NCBI RefSeq assembly: GCF_001194135.2
Contig: NC_068981.1
Location: 36,771,217-36,835,216 of the forward strand
Direction of reading: 5' to 3'
Length of the DNA stretch: 64,000 nucleotides
From: Octopus bimaculoides
Taxonomy: Eukaryota
The translations under genes were made by a program, and so were the position numbers. A model generated the notes under the pieces. It searched no databases, was not told the DNA's origin, and saw only the letters and a list, made by a program, of their open reading frames with translations. The number at the start of each line of letters is the position of its first letter. Position 1 is the first letter of the stretch. Positions 37,930 through 50,382 of the stretch are shown one piece after another.

Positions 37930-38340
37930 TTAACAGGATGCCTCAACTTGTTAAAGAGCTTGTCAGCCTTTGTCATGCAGTTCTCCTTGGCTTTGGCTAT
38001 CAGAATCTATACCTTGCACCTCTTGTATGACTGGTAGCAAAGATACTCATTTAGGCCCAGCTTCATGGCTGTATATCCAATACCTATATCTCCCGTAAAA
38101 CCCAAATTTCCTTGCTCAGATCTTACTTCATCTTCTCTGCAGTTGTTGGATGAATCCAAGCATGCAGATGCAGTCAGAACACCTGCTGTGTCCCTTCCTG
38201 CTGTGTCCCTTCCTGCTGGTCACAACTTTGTAGTCTTCATTGAAGCTATCCATGTCCTGTCTTACTGCCTTTACAGTGTTTTCTGAACATTGAGCAGCAG
38301 TCATGATGTTGACATTTTGAAACACGAGGCAAATCATCCT
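37930..38340 (-). mobile_element. Possible LINE ORF2 remnant (endonuclease-RT linker)
   Basis: YKRCKV*ILIAKAKENCMTK..KL resembles the linker region; weak. Confidence 0.3.
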
Positions 38341-38554
38341 GATACTGGTAATTCTTTTCTAATATTCAGATAGTTTCCACTCCTCCATGTCAGCTAACAT
38401 TTGTTTGACTATAACTTTAACCTTCATGCTCTCTAATGCCATTGGACTATTCACAAAGAAAATCTAACTGTTCCATAAGAAAAAAAGGAAACAAAAAATC
38501 TTTAAATTTAACCCAAACACCTTGTAGGCAAACAAACATGCAGACACACAAACA

Positions 38555-38665
38555 TGTATATGCATGTATGTATGTATGTATGTATGTATGTATGTATGTA
38601 TGTATGTATGTATGTATGTATGCATGCATGCATGTATGTATGTATGTATGTATGTATGTAGATGT
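38555..38665. repeat. (TATG)n microsatellite
   Basis: Directly visible. Confidence 0.95.
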
Positions 38666-41084
38666 ACCCACATATGTTTTTGAACCTGAACTTGTGTTTG
38701 TAAAATTATTTCACAGTACAATTGTTAATTAATAGTTTATAGCTTCTAATCAACTTTAACATTTTGATCATAAGGAGAAAAACAGTTAGTTTTAAATCCC
38801 TGAGTGAGAAATAAGTAGTAACAGTACTACAGGTCAAAGTCTATTTGCCAATGTAAAGTGGCAGTCCTGATTAGGATGGTGTCACTACTTTTAAAGTGAC
38901 ACACAATCATTGATCGAAGCCTAGTGCTGCCATCTCTAGCCAACGGTTATCCTATGCAAATGAAGGGAAATAATCCAGAAACCATTGGTTCATAGGTACT
39001 GTTTAAAGCAGAGTGGGGATATTAGCTCTCTTGTTTGAGGCATAAGGATGCAGCTGTGTGTCGATCACCAGCTGGAAAATATATTTTCCTGGGGCTAAAA
39101 AAAGGTAGTAACGCCGTCCTAATCAAGACTGCCACTTTATGCTGGCATATAGACCTTATTTTGATTATACTTTCATACTTATGATCAAAAATGATCTTTC
39201 CATGAATACTTTTCCTCCTATTTAGACATGATATAGCCAAGAGCACCTCACCCAATATAGTTTTTCTTTTTCAAGAGACTTGTACACAATCTGAGTAATA
39301 TTTGGCTACTATTTCTAAAAGGTTGACAGTCCTGGTAGAGATTTCCTCTTTGGCTTGAAATAATTCTTTGTAATTCCATAATATAATTCTTTTTACTTTA
39401 TTGTGCTTTCTTTTAATTCATATTTTGAGAGGTCAATATCATTTTTCTAAAATGATATTTGCTATTTTTCTGTGTATTTATTTAAAATTAATGACAGCAT
39501 CATAAAGGGGTATAGAGTCTGGGTGGATAATGACAAAGCAGTGTCTATGCATCTAAATCCAAGAATGAATTGTGAGATATTTCAACTTATCCAACACAAA
39601 TATTCAAGGATTAATACAAACCTCTATAACCACACACCCAGATTCACCCACACCCCTACAACAGCTTCTACATACACCATGCAGTCCCTACAATTTTCTC
39701 CCTGCTCACTCGCACTGACTAACCGACTCCCAACCCTCTGAACACAACTAACCCCACCACCCAATCCTCCCCATTCTGAAATTCCATTCTCACATTTATT
39801 CACATTATACTGTCTTGTCAAGAGGAATTGCAATGGTAGAGTTTATGTGTGGAGACTGTGGGGTATAGAGGAAAGGAGAGGGGGACGGTTTTGAGGGATA
39901 AATGGAGTTCTTAAGGAGTAACTAAGTGTCATCGGCATTGGTGTTGATATTGGTGTTGTTGTAGGTTGTGTGCTGTGGAAAATGATGATGATAATGATGA
40001 TAATAATTTTGTTTAGAAAGGGTGTTGTTTGTGATCGTGGCCACATTTAAGTTGGAAAGGGGGTTGGATGTTTTGAAGAAGACAGCTATGCTACTTCTCT
40101 CCAATATATGTGTATGTAGGTGTGTATGGAGAAAAAAAAAGAAAGAAGTGCCTAGGTATGAAGAAAGTGGAGTGAAGAGGGGATAGGGTAATGTCCCCTT
40201 CATAAGATGGGTCGGTAGGTATGTGAATGGGATGTTGGTTGGTGGCCAGTTATCAGTGATTTACTGGGGATTTCAGTCTCCCTGGTCCTCCACCACATCA
40301 GCTTGATAATGGTAATAAAAACATGTATGTGCACTGGCTGGCTGCTCCCACCTCACCCTGCACTCTCAGCTATCCGATGCCCACCCACGCCACTTCATCT
40401 ACTGTCTTCTTGGTTCAGGGATGTGCAAAGTTACTTGGGCAGAGCAAGACAGGCAGTGGCGACACAATTAATTCTAATCTAATGTATGCGGCTCATAATC
40501 ATTGGACGGGGGGGGGGTTGAGATGAGATGGGTGTTACCAGGGAGGTATTGCATGGTCATGGAGTGGTGGGGAAATGGACAAAATGAAATAAAAATTTAT
40601 GTTGTTAATGGTGAGGGTGGTGGTAGCGGTAGTGGTAATAGTAGTAGTAATTGTCATGGTAGTGGTGGTGGTATAGTGAGCAAGAGCTTGCATGGAAACT
40701 GGTGGCTGGTGGCAGGAATATTGGGGTGGGTGTATAAAGGGCAGAAAAGAGGGAAGAAGAGCATGAGTGGGGTAGATGGAAACCTCATGAATAGGAGTGG
40801 GAGGTGGATAGTGAAATGATGGAGAGGAGATAAAGATGCTATGTAAAGAGGCGATGAGGTGAGGAGGTGCACGTGGGGGTGTTGTGAAAGGGGAGGGCAA
40901 GAAGTGATGGTACTGTTATACGGAGTGGGGAGCAGTCGGTGGTATTGTGTAAGGGTGTGCAGAACCTGTGAGAGTAGGGAATGAGAAAGTATTGGGAGAG
41001 ATTAGGGGGCGCATGTTAGCTCTTTGCAATACAGGGTCAAGTTATGAACAGAATTCAAAATGAGACAAAAATAAAATATACATA

Positions 41085-41108
41085 GATACATAGATACACA
41101 CACACACA

Positions 41109-41161
<53 letters not shown>

Positions 41162-41386
41162 CATGCACACACACACATACGAACACATGTATATGTATGT
41201 ATGTATGTAGACACACTCACTATACACACATGCAACACATGCACACATGAATATGTATGTTTGTATATGTATGAAATTATGGAAAACAAACATACATACA
41301 CATACATACATATGCATATACATATAAGTACATGTGCATGCTTGCGTAAGTATATCTGTATGCATAGAAAGATATGTATGTGTATG

Positions 41387-41467
<81 letters not shown>

Positions 41468-41470
41468 AAT
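41085..41470. repeat. Compound CA/TATG/TA microsatellite
   Basis: Directly visible. Confidence 0.9.
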
Positions 41471-41990
41471 ATGACTGTATGACTACAGCCGCAAATCATT
41501 TGCCTCTGCATCACTGGGGAGGAAGGGGATGCACAACTGCTGGTGGAGGTGGGTGACAGGGGATGCAGAGGCTATTATCATGCTAAGTAAACACTATTCC
41601 TCTGGCTCAGTGGAGATTGACATATTAATAGCAGCTGTCCAACTTCCTAAATGGATCATCGTTTACTTCTGCAGTCTTAGTGGTGTAGAAGTGTCAGGGA
41701 GACTAGGTATATCTCTGTCCCAGTGATTGGTGGAAGGAAGGTGTCAACAGAAGAATTTAACTGTTAAAAGAGTCATTTTGCAAAAACAAATTTGGTCATA
41801 TTATTTTATTGCATTATTCTAAATTTATATCTCTAGTTTATATGATACCATTATAATATCTAACTACACCAACTTAATTCTAATCACTGTCTGAACTTCA
41901 CCTTATTTACACACACGTGCACACATGCACACACACATGATAAGTATTTATACACACACTCACACATGATAAGTATTTTTACACACACAT

Positions 41991-42041
<51 letters not shown>

Positions 42042-42449
42042 TACATAGCAACACCAACAATAAAACCAGATATATATCTCTTTGTTTTTATTATTGCCAC
42101 TGACATGGTTGCTGCTGTTGCAGCTGATGATGATGATGATGGTATGGTTTATTTTATTTCTAATGAATTCACCCAGTCCCTCTTTGTGTTGCCATCAGAG
42201 AAGACAATTTTATAACCTCTGAGAGGATTATCCATAAATGCCAAACCAAGGCTGAAAACAAAATGCAACTTTAAAATTTTGATGCAGAAAAAAACAAAGT
42301 GCTATTGTTTTCCTTTTATGCTTTCTGTGTATGATGCATGGTGTGAGGTGGCAGGTAAGGGGAAACATCCATCCCTTGACTTCAAATGACAGTCTACCAC
42401 TATACAAGCTTCGAAGTAAAAGAAATACTGAAATATCGCCAAACTTGAA

Positions 42450-42780
42450 GAGATTTCTAAGAGCTAATGTTTAGATCAGCTTTCATGGGATTAAGTAAAG
42501 AAGGGATAAATCTCTTCTTGGATAAGATATCAGTCTATCAGAGATACATCTAATGTATGTTTCCAAAGGGCTGGTGATGGAGCCTCTATGCAGTTGATTG
42601 ACCTTTGAGAAATAACAGTCAGATCTTCTTCAAATCACTGCCTGTAATCATAAAAAAGAGTACAATAGGATATTGCAGTCCCGGATGTAGTTAAAAAAAT
42701 ATAATTAGCAGGTCTAGAATTCTGTGATCATTGATCTGTTTCATCAGTGTTGACCATGGGTTAAACAACAAAACAATGTA
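42450..42780 (+). mobile_element. SINE-like family D
   Basis: ..GAAATAACAGTC..GTTGACCATGGGTTAAACAACAAAAC end. Confidence 0.5.
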
Positions 42781-42916
42781 TTTCAGATAGCAGAAATTAT
42801 TGAGGCGCATAGAGAGTTAAAACTCTGGCTTGAAATCACAGTGGAAGGGCTGGTGTAGTTTGAACACTCATGTTTATGAAGATATTTGACTATAAGCTAA
42901 AGGACAATATACAAAA

Positions 42917-43345
42917 TCATTATCATCATCATCATCGTTTAACGTCCGCTTTCCATGCTAGCATGGGTTGGATGATTGGACTGAGGACTGGCAAGCCAGA
43001 AGGCTGCACCAGGCTCCAATCTGATCTGGCAGAGTTTCTACAGCTGGATGCCCTTCCTAATGCCAACCACTCCAAGAGTGTAGTGGGTGCTTTTACGTGC
43101 CACTGGCACGAGGGCCAGTCATACAGTACTGGCAACAGCCACGCTCAAAATGGTGTTTTTTACATGCCACCTGCACGTGAGCCAGTCCAGCGGCACTGGC
43201 AATGACCTCGCTCGAATGATTTTCTAATGTGCCACCAGCACAAGTGCTAGAAGGCGATGCTGGTAACGATTACGCTCAAATGGTGCTATTTTTGGGCCAC
43301 TAGCACGGAAGCCAGACAGCTGCTCTGGCAATGAATACGTTCAAA
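42917..43345 (-). mobile_element. RTE 3' UTR / tail copy, well preserved
   Basis: CATCATCATCGTTTAACGTCCGCTTTCCATGCTAGCATGGGTTGG..GGATGCCCTTCCTAATGCCAACC. Confidence 0.9.
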
Positions 43346-44235
43346 AAAGAAAAACTTAATTAAAATTTCTCACTTGGAGTAAGAAATCAAAACCCTAGTG
43401 GCAATTGTGAAAAGAGAGATGATTTCAAGAATTAAGAATTAATCTACTAAAATCAATTTACATGCTTAGGAGAAGATAAGTGTGGTGTTTGTATTGGACT
43501 GAAAGCTTATAGATCATGAGTTTAGTACTGACTGTCGAGATTTAGTTGTAAAGCTGAATATGTGTTTATTCTCTATGCTTCACTTCACCTAGTTGTCAGG
43601 AATGGGCACCAGATTATATTGAAATGTTACTTGAGATACTGAAAATCTCATTGCCAGGAGTTCTGTCTTTCATCCATTTAGTAACACTACAAAACCCAAG
43701 CTAAGTTGTAGTTCATGATGGCCTTGATTTGGCTGGAATGCTTTTCATCATAGATTTACTTGATCAAGATTAACCTGTAATTAAGCAACATAAACAAATA
43801 TTACAATGTAAATGATTTATTTTACTTCTAGTCAAAATATATGGTTCCCAAGTTGTGCAATTTTATAAAGTATAACAATTGTGGGATTTTATATTATTGC
43901 AAATCTATGTGATGCTTTTAGATTGTTTGTCAGAGTACAGAAAATTAGATCTTGTCAAAGGCCCTTTAAACAGTGATGAATGCAGTGTAGATTTGTTTAT
44001 TCTTTGTTAAGAATATTTGTGGTAGTTGTTTCATCACAAATATGGCATATGTTGATCAGCATACTCAAAGAAACCAAGATTACATCTGATCAAATTTGAC
44101 CCCTTCAATCAATACATTCGGTGTTCAAGCAAATGGTAAACATGCTTCTTTTTTTTCAGCTACCTTCCATTCATTATCATTCTCAAAACGCCTGAGTGCA
44201 GAATGTCATATTTGAAGATTTGGTTCCTTTTGCAG

Positions 44236-44370
44236 AATCTGCTGAAGTGTTGTAGAAGAAAATGTTCCAAAGTCAGAAACACAGACTGCAAAGATCAAAA
44301 CACTGTTTGGAAACCAGGAACAGATTTAGTTCAAATGAGAAAAGAGACTTACTCAATGTATAGGAGATGA
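44236..44370 (+). CDS. Candidate terminal coding exon of an unknown host gene
   Basis: Acceptor-like TTCCTTTTGCAG, then 44 open codons NLLKCCRRKCSKVRNTDCKDQNTVWKPGTDLVQMRKETYSMYRR and TGA; no upstream exons identified. Confidence 0.2.
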   Translation, partial: NLLKCCRRKCSKVRNTDCKDQNTVWKPGTDLVQMRKETYSMYRR

Positions 44371-44489
44371 CTATACTTTGTTCTTTGCACAAATAATAAA
44401 TGCACAAAATATGCATTGGGTTCATTGACTGAGAAAGCCACAGCATGAGCTGGGTGGATGGACATGAAAATGCTTACACTAAGATCAAC

Positions 44490-44718
44490 CATAAAGTTAT
44501 GAGCTAATGAGGATGCTTTTACATATCACTTGATCTGTTAGAAATAGCAGCCAAATCTACTTCATATCAGACCTTACTATTTTTGCAAAAAAAATAAAAA
44601 CAAAGATGCATTAGATAATGTAGAGCTACATACCCTTCAAAAAGGTGAATGGTCATTGCTGAAATGCCTTTGTTCAACCTAGGGTTAACCTGTGGCTAAA
44701 CAACATTAACAACAACCA
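44490..44718 (+). mobile_element. SINE-like family D
   Basis: GAAATAGCAGCCAAATC..GGTCATTGCTGAAATGCCTTTG..GGCTAAACAACATTAACAACAAC. Confidence 0.6.
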
Positions 44719-45219
44719 TGTAGTTAAACTGACTCAATTGGCTCACTGCAAGTAATAATTAAGGATCTATTTCCTATGTGATCTGGAAGTAGTTCAGGCT
44801 GACTAATTTGCATATATAATGCCTTCTTAGCTGCTTGCTAACACATTAATAGAAATTTGCTATACTGTGCTTCTCCCTTGAAATTTACTTAAGACTTTAA
44901 GAACAGTAAATTTATAAATGTCTCCAAGGACAGTTAAAGAGTGTAAATCATTTGATGATATCCCAACACAGGATTGAATCTTGCCTGGCTAATCCTTTTT
45001 CTGTCTATGAACATATTGAATATACAGATAAGGTATTTATATCTGTGAATACATAGCGTTGATAAAAATCTATAGATATTCTCAATAATATAGTATAATA
45101 TTGTATTATTAGAAATATAAGAAAAATAATAAATCTAATTTCAGAGAAAGGCTACGCGATGTGCATATAAAAGCTTATGATATTTCAATAGTTAAAAACA
45201 CCAATTTGAATAAATTTTA

Positions 45220-46720
45220 TGATACTTAATGGCAACAACAACATAAGGGACCATGTGGCAAACATATGTGATCACAAGCATATTTCTACACACCTAGCAG
45301 AGGTATGTGACCTAGGAAAATACTTCTCACACTGTGATGTTTATCCAAGGGCATATATGAAGAGAAGTCACATATCTCTGCATCTCTATGAAAAGAATAA
45401 CTTACCCTATTCTTTCAAAACAACTACTGGAGGTGATATCTGGTGATATCTTGTCTCTCAGTTGAAGTAGGGTTTAGGAGACAGTGTAGCTGGTTTTCAA
45501 AAATGAGGATGTGGTGAAAAATTAGTTTAAGCTTGTTCGTTGTGCAGCTACCTATATATATGTGCCATAAATATATGCGATGAGGCAAGATAAGATGAGA
45601 GCCATAGTAAAGGATGTTAATGATGACATTGACATTTTGCTTGTTGTTACTTTTGTGACACAGTTTGGGCAGGTGGTGAATATCAAGATGACTAGAAATG
45701 ATAGTGGCTGGAAAAGGATCAACATGGATGTGCAAGCCCTAATGATCTCCAAAGACCACACAGCCACTTTGAAGCCATGCTTCATCATTGGTGCAGAAAT
45801 AAAAACAATGATGCTGGTAGTGTGGGCCAGAAAGCTCATCTATATGTGTGGTAGCAAATGCTATTTGAAAGCTTTTTGCCTTAGAAAACTTGAAAAACAG
45901 AAACGGACAGAAGCAACACAAAAACTGCTCTTTGAAAAGCATCAAGACTCTGGATAAAGCAAAAAGGGATTGATCCATACTCCATCCCAGAAAACAGTAA
46001 TCTTAGATCTGCTTTCCAGCCATAACCAGTAGCAACCCACCATCATCAAATGATGATGATTAGGAGGAGATGGAAAATGAACAAAGTAGGTAAACATCAT
46101 GGTCAATAGAAAAGAATAACAAAAAAAGGCGGTGAGCTGGCAGAAATGTTAGTAAACTGGGCGAAATACCTAGTAGTATTTTGTCTGCTGTTATGTTCTG
46201 AGTTCAAATTCCACCGAGGTTTACTTTACCTTTCATCCTTTCGGGGTCGATAAATTAAGAACAAGTTATGCACTGGGGTCGATCTAATCGACTTAATCCC
46301 TTTGTCTGTCCTTGCTTGTCCCCTCTATGTTTAGCCCTTTGTGGGCAATAAAGAAATAAGAAAAGAATAACAAAAAACAAAGAAAAAATGAAAAGAAGCC
46401 CCACTTAAAAAAGAAATATGTACCTTAAGAAAAGGTCAGTAAAGTGTCAAAGGAGGACCTTCCCTGAAGATAATTCGAGTTTTATGGTAATTTAACTTTG
46501 TGCTAAGTAGACATGCAGAAATAGGTTCAGAAGAGTAAAAAAAAAAAACGAAAAAAGAAAAAGCAACAAAACACTCAAATGACTGAAAATTGGTGGAAAA
46601 GACACCAACAGCTTATCATCATTAGAAAAATGTTTGTGTGGATGACATGAGATGCAACTTGCCCTGTTTATTGGGGAATTGGAGAAAAAGCCAACAGACA
46701 ATAGGATTCTTCAGTACCAG
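45220..46720 (+). pseudogene. Possible L1/Tx1-type ORF1 remnant (RRM-like region plus degenerate zinc knuckle), interrupted by a SINE
   Basis: 45580-45957: VKDVNDDIDI..QFGQVVNIK..IIGAE..IYMCGSKCYLKAFC (decayed CX2CX4HX4C). Confidence 0.4.
46128..46358 (+). mobile_element. SINE family A, tail variant 3, with 19-bp TSD
   Basis: AGAAAAGAATAACAAAAAA at 46108-46126 and 46359-46377. Confidence 0.92.
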
Positions 46721-47858
46721 GTAGGTAAAGTGTCTATATCTAAACTAAAAGGAAGCAAGGAATTATTTGAAGTGCTTTTACTGCTTTTTCTTGTCGGTTG
46801 AGTGATCATATGGAAGTCCTTTTATTTCCTTATTGAAACTAAGATATTTGAAGCTACATTTTGCTTAATCAATACATACAATACTAACTCTCAGTTTGAG
46901 TTAAAATATTAACACATGATTCAGAAATTTGAATTATGTTAGTGTAAACCCCGCCTTACTCAAATTTTGCTAGTTTACTAAGCAGAAACATCACGAAAAA
47001 TAGCAAAGAATTATGCTTTCTCATTATGCTCCACTTTCACAAGTTTTAACTTAAGAATCTATAAAATATTAAAGACTTATTTTAAATGATCATTTATATT
47101 CCAAACAATAAGTAAACGTATCAGGATTCAAAAACAAATAAAACCAAATTTAAAATTTTTACAATGATTTTATATGAAATGAAAATTGTTAACATGAATC
47201 ATATGAAATTAGAAGCACATGGTTTTGGTGATAACTTCAACAAAATTATAAAAAAATGAAAGGATAACATATGTTTATTTATTTGATAAAATAAAACAAA
47301 ACCAATACCCATAACAATACAATCAAGAAGAAACTTGCGAATTATTTCACTTCCTTTTGAAATCTGGTTTGATATTTCATAGAAGGTGTAAACATTCCTC
47401 AGCTTGATTTAAAACAAATAACTGAAGAATGGAAATAAAAAATAAATCATGATCATCATTTTACATCCGTTTTCCCATGCTGGCATGTATTAATGATATA
47501 TTTTATTGTGAAGACTGTCATATTGAACAATGAATGACATGCTGATTATTTATATGTGTATATACACACACATGTGTATATAAATATATATACATGTATG
47601 CATGTGTGTATATATGTAAGTGTGTGTATATAAGCATAAAGAAACTATGCACCAATAACAGGTAAAATACATGTAAGAAGATATGGTATAATCGCAGATA
47701 CCTTTTATTCTCATCAGCTACTAACTGAAGGTCAAGGTAGTTTTGCCTATTTTGGGTGTTGTATAACAAATACAACAGGGAATGGTATCAAGAATAGGGC
47801 AGCAAAGAAAGAATGGAAAATGAGGCAGGACAACAACTATAAGGTCATCATAATATCA

Positions 47859-48038
47859 GCACCAATAGACCACCACAGTCATGGAAATTACTGTAATATC
47901 AGTGCTAAGCATTGAGCCTTTTAACAATTAAAATATGTCACAAACATTTTTTAACTAACCTAAAGTTTGCTAACACCTGAACACTGCTTGGCACTGAAAA
48001 TTATGGCAATTTCCATGGCTGTGGTAGTCTTCTAGTGC
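47859..48038. mobile_element. MITE-like hairpin element with ~55-bp inverted arms; partial second copy at 48260-48353
   Basis: AGACCACCACAGTCATGGAAATTACTGTAA versus reverse complement of TTATGGCAATTTCCATGGCTGTGGTAGTCT. Confidence 0.6.
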
Positions 48039-48360
48039 AAATCAGTCAATGTTGTCGACTGTATTCTAGTCAAAGCCATAGCTTTGATAAGGTCTGTCCA
48101 GAGTTACCTCTTTTAGGTATTTCCCATTGATAACGGCTAAAAAAACTAGAAACATCAATGTCTGGAAATGAGAAAGGTGGTGACTCTGGGTAAATATGGT
48201 GTTTTTGTGCCTTTTTATCATAGGAGGGAATTTTTCTTCATGGTAACAGCAGTAAATTTGCCTTTAAGCAGTTGAAATATGTCATAAACATATTTTAACT
48301 AACCTAAAGTTTGCTTACGTTTAAACACTGCATGGCACTGATATTATGGCAATATATATT

Positions 48361-48592
48361 TTTTTCTTTTATTCTTTTATTTGTTTCAATCATTTGACTG
48401 CAGCCATGCTGGAACACTGCCTTTACTCAAACAAATCGACCTCAGGACTTATTCTTTGTAAGCCTAGTATTTATTCCGTCAGTCTCTTTTGCTGAACAGC
48501 TAAGTTACGGTGATGTAAACACACCAACATCAGTTGTCAAGTGATGGTGGAGGACAGACGCACAGACATGCACATCACACACACACACAAAG

Positions 48593-48623
<31 letters not shown>

Positions 48624-48840
48624 GGCACACACACACACACACACAAAGGCACACACACACACACACACATATCTACGACGGGCTTCTTTCAGTTTCTGTC
48701 TACCAAATCCACTCACAAGACTTTGGTCAACCCGAGGCTGTAGTAGAAGACACTCTCCCAAGGTGTCATGCAATGAGACTGAACCCAGAACCATGTGATT
48801 GGTAAGCAAGCTACTTACCACACAGCCACTCTTGTGCCTA
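48361..48840 (-). mobile_element. SINE family B, full length
   Basis: Reverse complement of the 21068-21594 type; internal CA/CAAAGG repeats. Confidence 0.92.
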
Positions 48841-48854
48841 TATATATATACGTT

Positions 48855-49180
48855 TGTGCTGGTATGATCATGCACTACAGATGGATGAGGAGAGTTGTCT
48901 GAAGACAGTTGAAGGAATCCGGTGCAGAGGTAGACCTAGGAAGATATGGGATGAGGTGGTGAAGCATGACCTTCGAACGTTGGGCCTTACAGAGGCAATG
49001 ACGAAAGACAGAGGCCTCTGGAGATATGCTGTGACTGCGAAAACCCAGCAAATAAAGTGAGTTCACGGCTGTATTCTACACCAGTTTTGCATAACCAGCC
49101 CCAGCCCATTCAAAAGTACCTTGGATCGTAGGGCTACCTGCTGTGCTTAAGGGGACCTATTGAGTCAAGTACATCAACAT
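48855..49180 (+). mobile_element. RTE LINE C-terminal fragment and start of 3' UTR
   Basis: WYDHALQMDEESCLK..GRPRKIWDEVVKHDLRTLGLTEAMTKDRGLWRYAV. Confidence 0.88.
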
Positions 49181-49184
49181 CAAA

Positions 49185-50370
49185 ATGTATACCCTAAAGA
49201 AGAAATTCTCTTCTGTCCTCTTTGGTCTCTACAGAGATGATGCCCTGGTTATCTCTAGAGGTGCCAACAGGCACACCCTAGATAGGCTTAGGAAAGATCT
49301 GATTAACGCCCTTAGCTCCATGGGACTGAAAATTACAACTGAGACCAACTTCACCACCGCGGACTTCTTAAACATCACGCTTGACTTGGGCTCTGGTTCA
49401 TACAGGCCCTACAGCAAGCCAAACAAGAGGCTGGCATATATCAACACAGCTTTCTGCCACCCACCCAACTAGTTCATAAACCTGGTGAATTGGTCAGCAA
49501 AAGGATCTCAAATCTATCCTTTAGTGGCACCTCCATTATTAAGAGTATTTTAGCTAAGACCCATAGGCCATGAGTGGAGGTAGGATGCTCATGCAAGGAC
49601 CAAGTGCCTAGTAGGAGACCAATGCGAAACTAAGGGGGTCATTTATGAGGCTGAAGTGGTATCTGACCCTAATAGCAGCAGCAGCAGCTTTTCCAGCAAC
49701 TACAGCAGTAACAGGAATGTCTGTAATAATGGTAACGGCAAAAATAACAGCAGCACCATCGCTAATGATAATGGTAATAATGACAACAGTAATAACAACG
49801 ATAACGCTATAGCGCTGATAACAGCTCCAACAACAATGACGATGACTATAGCAGCACTAACAGAGACACCAAAAAAAACGACAACGTCATCGCCAACACC
49901 AACTCCGCCACCAATGATGTCCCCTATGCCAGCATGGAGACCTTCAAGCAGCGCCTCTCCAACCAAAAATCTGCATTTAGGATCTCGAAAGGATGTTATG
50001 CCACATCCCTGGCCAGTCACATGTGGTACCTGAAGAACGAAGGGACTCCACATTTAACCACATGAAAAATCTTAGAAAAACCAGGTCCCTTCATCAACAA
50101 AAGCAAGCATTGCAAGCTGTGCATAGCAGAACGGGTGAGGATATCAAACAACTCCCTCGACCTGGGGAACATCTTAAATTCCAAGACGGAAGTATTTGGA
50201 CCTTGCTTACACTTCAGGTGTTTCCTACTGAAATCCGGGGACCAGCATACTGCCTGGGTGGATTCCAGGTAGTGGTCTAAGGAAGACAACCCTATGCACT
50301 TGACCTTTCTCCTTTGTCTGTTCAATAACTAGCCATGTGGTTTTTTTCTCCCTCCGTTTTCAAGAGAAGT
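49185..50370 (+). mobile_element. Penelope-like element: RT C-terminal part plus GIY-YIG endonuclease, pseudogenised
   Basis: LYRDDAL..DFLNITLDL..YRPYSKPN..YIN..HPP (RT); CSC..C..GDQC..GVIYEAEV; FKQRLSN..TSLASHMWYLKN..CKLC..LNSKTEVFGPCLH (endonuclease). Confidence 0.88.
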
Positions 50371-50382
50371 TATCACGTCATG

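Noticed and set aside
38185-38220. Short local tandem duplications (15-19 bp) here and at ~20086, ~26000 and ~33135
   Set aside because: Ordinary slippage duplications with no sign of function.
42980-43010. CTGAGGA-CTGGC-AA-GCCAG in RTE tails as a hammerhead (also ~13492 and ~60165)
   Set aside because: Followed by AAGG or GATG rather than GAAA, with no helix III or cleavage triplet.
47680-47720. Minus-strand CTGATGAGAATAAAAGGTAT..
   Set aside because: No GAAA after a closing stem.
50063-50065. In-frame TGA in the PLE endonuclease as selenocysteine
   Set aside because: It aligns with the conserved Trp (KWSIL in the 1-378 copy), so TGG-to-TGA decay is simpler.
50270-50370. Hammerhead expected after the 49-50 kb Penelope ORF
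   Set aside because: Only CTAAGGA is present; no stem II or GAAA.
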